Part shown: positions 60,222 to 64,000 of the stretch, in pieces | Layout of the letters: every line of letters starts with the position of its first letter | Position numbering within the stretch: the stretch's first letter is position 1 | Made by a program: the position numbers and the translations under genes | Assembly: GCA_963842525.1 (NCBI GenBank) | Contig: CAWJGT010000006.1 | Location: 128,001-192,000, forward strand | DNA: 64,000 nt | Direction: 5' to 3' | Source: an uncultured Holophagales bacterium | GTDB lineage: Bacteria > Acidobacteriota > Thermoanaerobaculia > Multivoradales > UBA5704 | Notes under the pieces: generated by a model | Databases searched by the model: none | The model's input: the letters and a program-made list of their open reading frames with translations, nothing else | Told to the model about the DNA's origin: nothing

Positions 60222-63200
60222 CTATTCGAAGTAGCCCACCACGTCGACGATCAGGTGCACGGTGCCGTCGCCCGCCATGAAGGGGGTGATCGCCAGGGTG
60301 CCGGCGCCGTTGGCGGCCAGCGGCAGGACGGCGTTGTTGGCGCGGGTCTGGCCGGCCGCGAAATTGAGGGTGCTGGTCGCCGGTATCGCGAGGTCACCGG
60401 GGTAGAGGGCCAGGTACCCGGCTTCGGTCGGCTGGATGACGGTCGCGTTGAGGGCGATCGTGCGGGCCGTTTCGGGGATGCCGCAGGCGCCGTGCAGGCT
60501 CACGATCCTGGTGACACCGGAAAAGAGCGCCGGGCCGCGGGTGTCGAGCAGCCGGCAGGCGGCGACCGTGTAGAAACGGCCGGGCTGGCCCATCCGGTAC
60601 ACGAAGACGTCCGGCAGGTTGTTGAAGTCGCTGTTCACCAGGTCCGAGCCGAGGCTCTCGAAGGCGATCGTGGTGCCGTCGGCGCTGATGCGGAAATCGG
60701 CGGAATTGCGGTTGGCCGCCCGCAGCGGAGAGACGAAGGTCCGGCTCACGATGCGGCTCGCTCCGGTTGGAACGTCGTACAGGAAGGCGTCCGCGGTGAA
60801 ATTGTCGTCGGCTGCGCCCGTCACCAGGTTGGAGGCGGAGCTGTCGTAGACGACATAGGAGCCGTCCGCGCTGACCGTGCCGCTGTTGGAGCCGCCGTTG
60901 CCCGTCTGGAGGGCGGACGAGCGTGCATGGCTGACCAGCGTCGTCGCGCCGGTCATCCGGTCGTGGAGGAAGACGTCGGTCGCCGCCAGGGAGGAGCCGT
61001 TGACGTCGCTCATCCCGGTCACGAGGTCCGTCGCCGAGCCGGAGAGCACGATCCGGCTCGCGCCGGCGCTGATGGACGTCAGGAACGAGCCGCCGTTGCC
61101 GGCCGTGACCGGCGAGCCGGGGACATGGCTGAGCAGGGTGATCGCCCCGGTGGCTCGTTCGAAGAGGAACACGTCGCCGCTGGCATTGCCGTCGATCTGG
61201 CCGGCCACGAGGTTGGTCGCCGGGCTGCCGAGGACGATCCAGGCGGCGTCGTGGCTCGGCAGGATCCCGAAGGTGCCGCGGTTGGCCGTTGTGGTGGCCG
61301 AGCCGCCGGCATGGCTGATCAGGGTCGTGGTGCCGGTGGCCCGCTCGTGGAGGAAGGCGTCGACGTCCGAGTTGGTGTCGGTCTGGCCGGCGACGAGGTT
61401 GGTCGCAAGGCTCTGGAAGACCAGGAATTGCCCGTCGCCGCTGAAGGTGGGGAATTCCGAACGGAACATGCCGGTCGTGGCCGGCGCGCCGGCCGCGTGG
61501 CTGACCAGGGTCGTCGTGCCGCCGGCCCGGTCATAGAGGAAGACGTCGCTGTTGGCGTTGGCGTCGGTCACGCCTGCCACCAGATCGGTCGCCCGGCTGT
61601 CGAAGGCGATGAAGGCGCCGTCGGCGGAGATCGCCGCCGATTCGCAGCGCCCGTTGCCGGCCGTCACGGGTGAGCCGGCGGCGTGGCTGACCAGGGTGGT
61701 CGTGCCCGCCACCCGGTCGTAGAGGAAGACGTCGAAGCCGAAGAAGGTGCCGGCGTTCGTGTCGATCTGCCCGGCCACCAGGTTCGTGGCATAGCTGATC
61801 AGGAGGATGTAGCGGCCGTCCGCGCTCATCGCGCCGCCGTAGGACTCGCCGTTCGCCGCGGTCGAGGGCGATCCGGCGGCATGGCTGACCAGGGTCGTCG
61901 TGCCGGTCTGCCGGTCGTAGAGGAACAGGTCGCCGCCGGGATTCGTGTCGACCTGGCCGGGGACGAGATGGATCGCGTCGCTGACGAAGGTGACGAAGCG
62001 GCCGTCGGCGCTCACCGCGGAGACTCTGCTCGTGCCGCTCGGCGAGAGCGACGGCAGTCCCGGGTCGCGCCGCGAGACCAGGGTATTGGTGGCCGCCGCG
62101 CGGTCGTAAAGGAACAGGTCGGCCGCGCGGTTGACGTCCAGCGTGCCGGTCACCAGATCCGTGGCGGCGCTGTAGAAGGCGATCGTGCCGGCGTCGCCGC
62201 TGAGAGCGGGGAGAGGGGAAAAGCCGTTGCCGGTGGCCGCCGGAAGGCCGGCCGCGTGGCTCACCACCGCCGTCGTGCCGGCGGCGCGGTCGTAGAGGAA
62301 GGCGTCGAGATCGCCATTGCCCTCCGTCTGGCCGCTCACCAGGTCGGTGGCCAGGCTGGCGAAGGCGACCCAGGCCCCGTCGGCGCTGATCTGGGGGACG
62401 GTCGATCTCATGTTCCCCGCCGTCACCGCGGAGCCGCCGGCATGGCTGACGAGGGTCACGGTCCCTGTGGCCCGCTCGAAGAGGAAGACGTCGTCGGAGG
62501 GAGGGGAGGTGGTATCCACCTGGCCGGGGACGAGGTTTGTGCCAGAGCTCACGAACGCGATCCAGCCGCCGTCCGTGCTCGCCTCGGATTGCTGGGTGCC
62601 GACACCGCCGGCAGCCGTGAGCGCGGAGCCCGCGGCATGGCTGACCAGCGCCGTGGTCCCCGAGGCACGGTCGTGCAGGAACAGGTCGACCGAATTGAAG
62701 GCGTCCACCTGCCCGGCCACGAGGTCGTTCGAGAAGCTCGCGAAGGCGATCTGGCCGCCGTCCGCGCTGATCCGGGCGTCGAGCGTCATCCCGTTGCCCG
62801 CGGTCGTGGCCGAGCCGCTCGCGTGGCTGACCAGGGTGAGGGTCCCGCCGCCGTACAGGAAGACGTCGCCGTGGAGGTTGGTGTCCGTGACGCCGGAGAT
62901 CAGGTTCGTGGCCTCGCTGACGAAGACGATCCAGGAGCCGTCGGCGCTCAGGTCCTGCCCGAACGAGCCGGCGTTGCCGGTCTGGGCGGCCGAGCCGGCC
63001 GCTCCGCTCAGGAGCGTGGTCGTGCCGCTGACACGGTCGTAGAGGAACACGTCGGCCCGGCCGTTCGCGTCACTCTGGCCGGAAACCAGGTTGGTCGCGT
63101 GGCTCTGGAAGACCATGTACCGGCCGTCGCCGCTGAGCCGCGGCGAATCCGAGGAGCCGTTGCCGGCTCCGGGCAGGCCTGCCGCATGGCTGACCAGGGT

Positions 63201-63680
63201 GACCGTCCCGGCGACGCGGTCGAAGAGAAAGATTTCGTTGACGCCATTGAAATCAGCCTGCCCGGCCACCAGGTTCGACGACGAGCTGGAGAACGCCACA
63301 TAGCTGCCGTCCGCGCTCACCGCGGGGCTCCAGGACACGCCGTTGCCCGCCGTCGCGCTCGTGCCGTCGACCCGGCTGACCAGGACCGTCGTGCCGGCGA
63401 CGCGGTCGTGGAGGAAGACATCGGCATCGAGGTTCGTGTCGTTCTGCCCGGCGGCCAGGTTCGGCGCGCTGCTGACGAAGGCGGTATAGCGCCCGTCCGC
63501 GCTCACCGAGGGGCGCGTGAAGGAGAGGAGAGTGCCGGTGCCGTCTGCGCCGGTGTCGGAGAGCAGGCCCGGATCAGCCTTCGAGATCAGCTCCACCTGG
63601 CTGGCCCAAGCCGGTAGCGCTATGGCGATCGCAATAGCGGTGGCAATCCCGGAGCCCCGGGTACGGTGCATTCGTGGCAT
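60222..63680 (-). CDS. Large secreted TolB/PD40-like beta-propeller repeat protein with a C-terminal beta domain
   Basis: Signal peptide; about 15 repeats of ISADG...F.S.ATNLV.GQ.D.N...DVFLYDR..GTTTLVSH; C-terminal FYTVAACRLLDTR...HLIVDVVGYFE. Confidence 0.85.
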   Translation of the reverse strand: MPRMHRTRGSGIATAIAIAIALPAWASQVELISKADPGLLSDTGADGTGTLLSFTRPSVSADGRYTAFVSSAPNLAAGQNDTNLDADVFLHDRVAGTTVLVSRVDGTSATAGNGVSWSPAVSADGSYVAFSSSSSNLVAGQADFNGVNEIFLFDRVAGTVTLVSHAAGLPGAGNGSSDSPRLSGDGRYMVFQSHATNLVSGQSDANGRADVFLYDRVSGTTTLLSGAAGSAAQTGNAGSFGQDLSADGSWIVFVSEATNLISGVTDTNLHGDVFLYGGGTLTLVSHASGSATTAGNGMTLDARISADGGQIAFASFSNDLVAGQVDAFNSVDLFLHDRASGTTALVSHAAGSALTAAGGVGTQQSEASTDGGWIAFVSSGTNLVPGQVDTTSPPSDDVFLFERATGTVTLVSHAGGSAVTAGNMRSTVPQISADGAWVAFASLATDLVSGQTEGNGDLDAFLYDRAAGTTAVVSHAAGLPAATGNGFSPLPALSGDAGTIAFYSAATDLVTGTLDVNRAADLFLYDRAAATNTLVSRRDPGLPSLSPSGTSRVSAVSADGRFVTFVSDAIHLVPGQVDTNPGGDLFLYDRQTGTTTLVSHAAGSPSTAANGESYGGAMSADGRYILLISYATNLVAGQIDTNAGTFFGFDVFLYDRVAGTTTLVSHAAGSPVTAGNGRCESAAISADGAFIAFDSRATDLVAGVTDANANSDVFLYDRAGGTTTLVSHAAGAPATTGMFRSEFPTFSGDGQFLVFQSLATNLVAGQTDTNSDVDAFLHERATGTTTLISHAGGSATTTANRGTFGILPSHDAAWIVLGSPATNLVAGQIDGNASGDVFLFERATGAITLLSHVPGSPVTAGNGGSFLTSISAGASRIVLSGSATDLVTGMSDVNGSSLAATDVFLHDRMTGATTLVSHARSSALQTGNGGSNSGTVSADGSYVVYDSSASNLVTGAADDNFTADAFLYDVPTGASRIVSRTFVSPLRAANRNSADFRISADGTTIAFESLGSDLVNSDFNNLPDVFVYRMGQPGRFYTVAACRLLDTRGPALFSGVTRIVSLHGACGIPETARTIALNATVIQPTEAGYLALYPGDLAIPATSTLNFAAGQTRANNAVLPLAANGAGTLAITPFMAGDGTVHLIVDVVGYFE

Positions 63681-63796
63681 GTGTCCTCCTCGCCCGGTTC
63701 AGAGCGGTTTTGGACACATTCTAGCTCCCTAGCTCAAACCCAGAGCCGCAAGCGACGGGGCCGTCGCAACCGCGGTGCTCAGCTCCACGATCGCCT

Positions 63797-63970
63797 GGAC
63801 AGTTCGCCCCGGTCTGCCGCTGTCCACCAGGCGTGAACGGACAGTCTGTCCCGATCTCGCGGCGTTGACCGGACCTGCAGGGACAGCTCGACCTGGTCGT
63901 ACGCTCTCTACCGGTGCGGAACGGACAGTCGGCCCCGGTTCGTACGCTGCGACCTGTCCGGGTCGGAGGG
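63797..63970. repeat. Degenerate 42-bp tandem array (may continue beyond the window)
   Basis: GGACAG at 63797, 63839, 63881 and 63923, with conserved CCNGGT and ACCNG cores. Confidence 0.7.
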
Positions 63971-64000
63971 TTGATGGCCCGGAGGAAACCGTCCGACCTG

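Overview
High-GC bacterial chromosomal window. Gene content and repeat style suggest Acidobacteriota, possibly Thermoanaerobaculia (inference), and scattered single-base indels suggest a long-read assembly. The core genes are htpG, a lysine/DAP cluster (M20 hydrolase-asd-lysC-dapB-dapA-dapD), fabI, manC, trmB, an ABC transporter, an Oar-like TonB-dependent receptor with a sigma-54 promoter, a glutamine-synthetase-family/SDR operon, folK, lolA-tgt-yajC-secD-secF, relA/spoT, rpmB and a pilMNOPQ operon. Accessory material includes a WD40-Roc-COR-metallophosphoesterase gene between two truncated genes, two toxin-antitoxin pairs (one bracketed by a 174-bp duplication of the dapD 3' end), a group II intron inserted in a REP-like hairpin, several composite palindromic REP/MITE-like elements, and shredded gene remnants. 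The best candidates for undescribed biology are: (1) XRE-HTH/TPR-like regulators paired with small secreted precursors carrying GCxIDPxG motifs, plus a shared upstream 12-bp DNA motif; (2) four unrelated intergenic arrays of mostly palindromic cores spaced about 20-21 bp apart, including a 9 x 62-bp triple-palindrome array; and (3) a structured, CU-rich candidate sRNA or attenuator. No CRISPR array, rRNA or tRNA was recognised.
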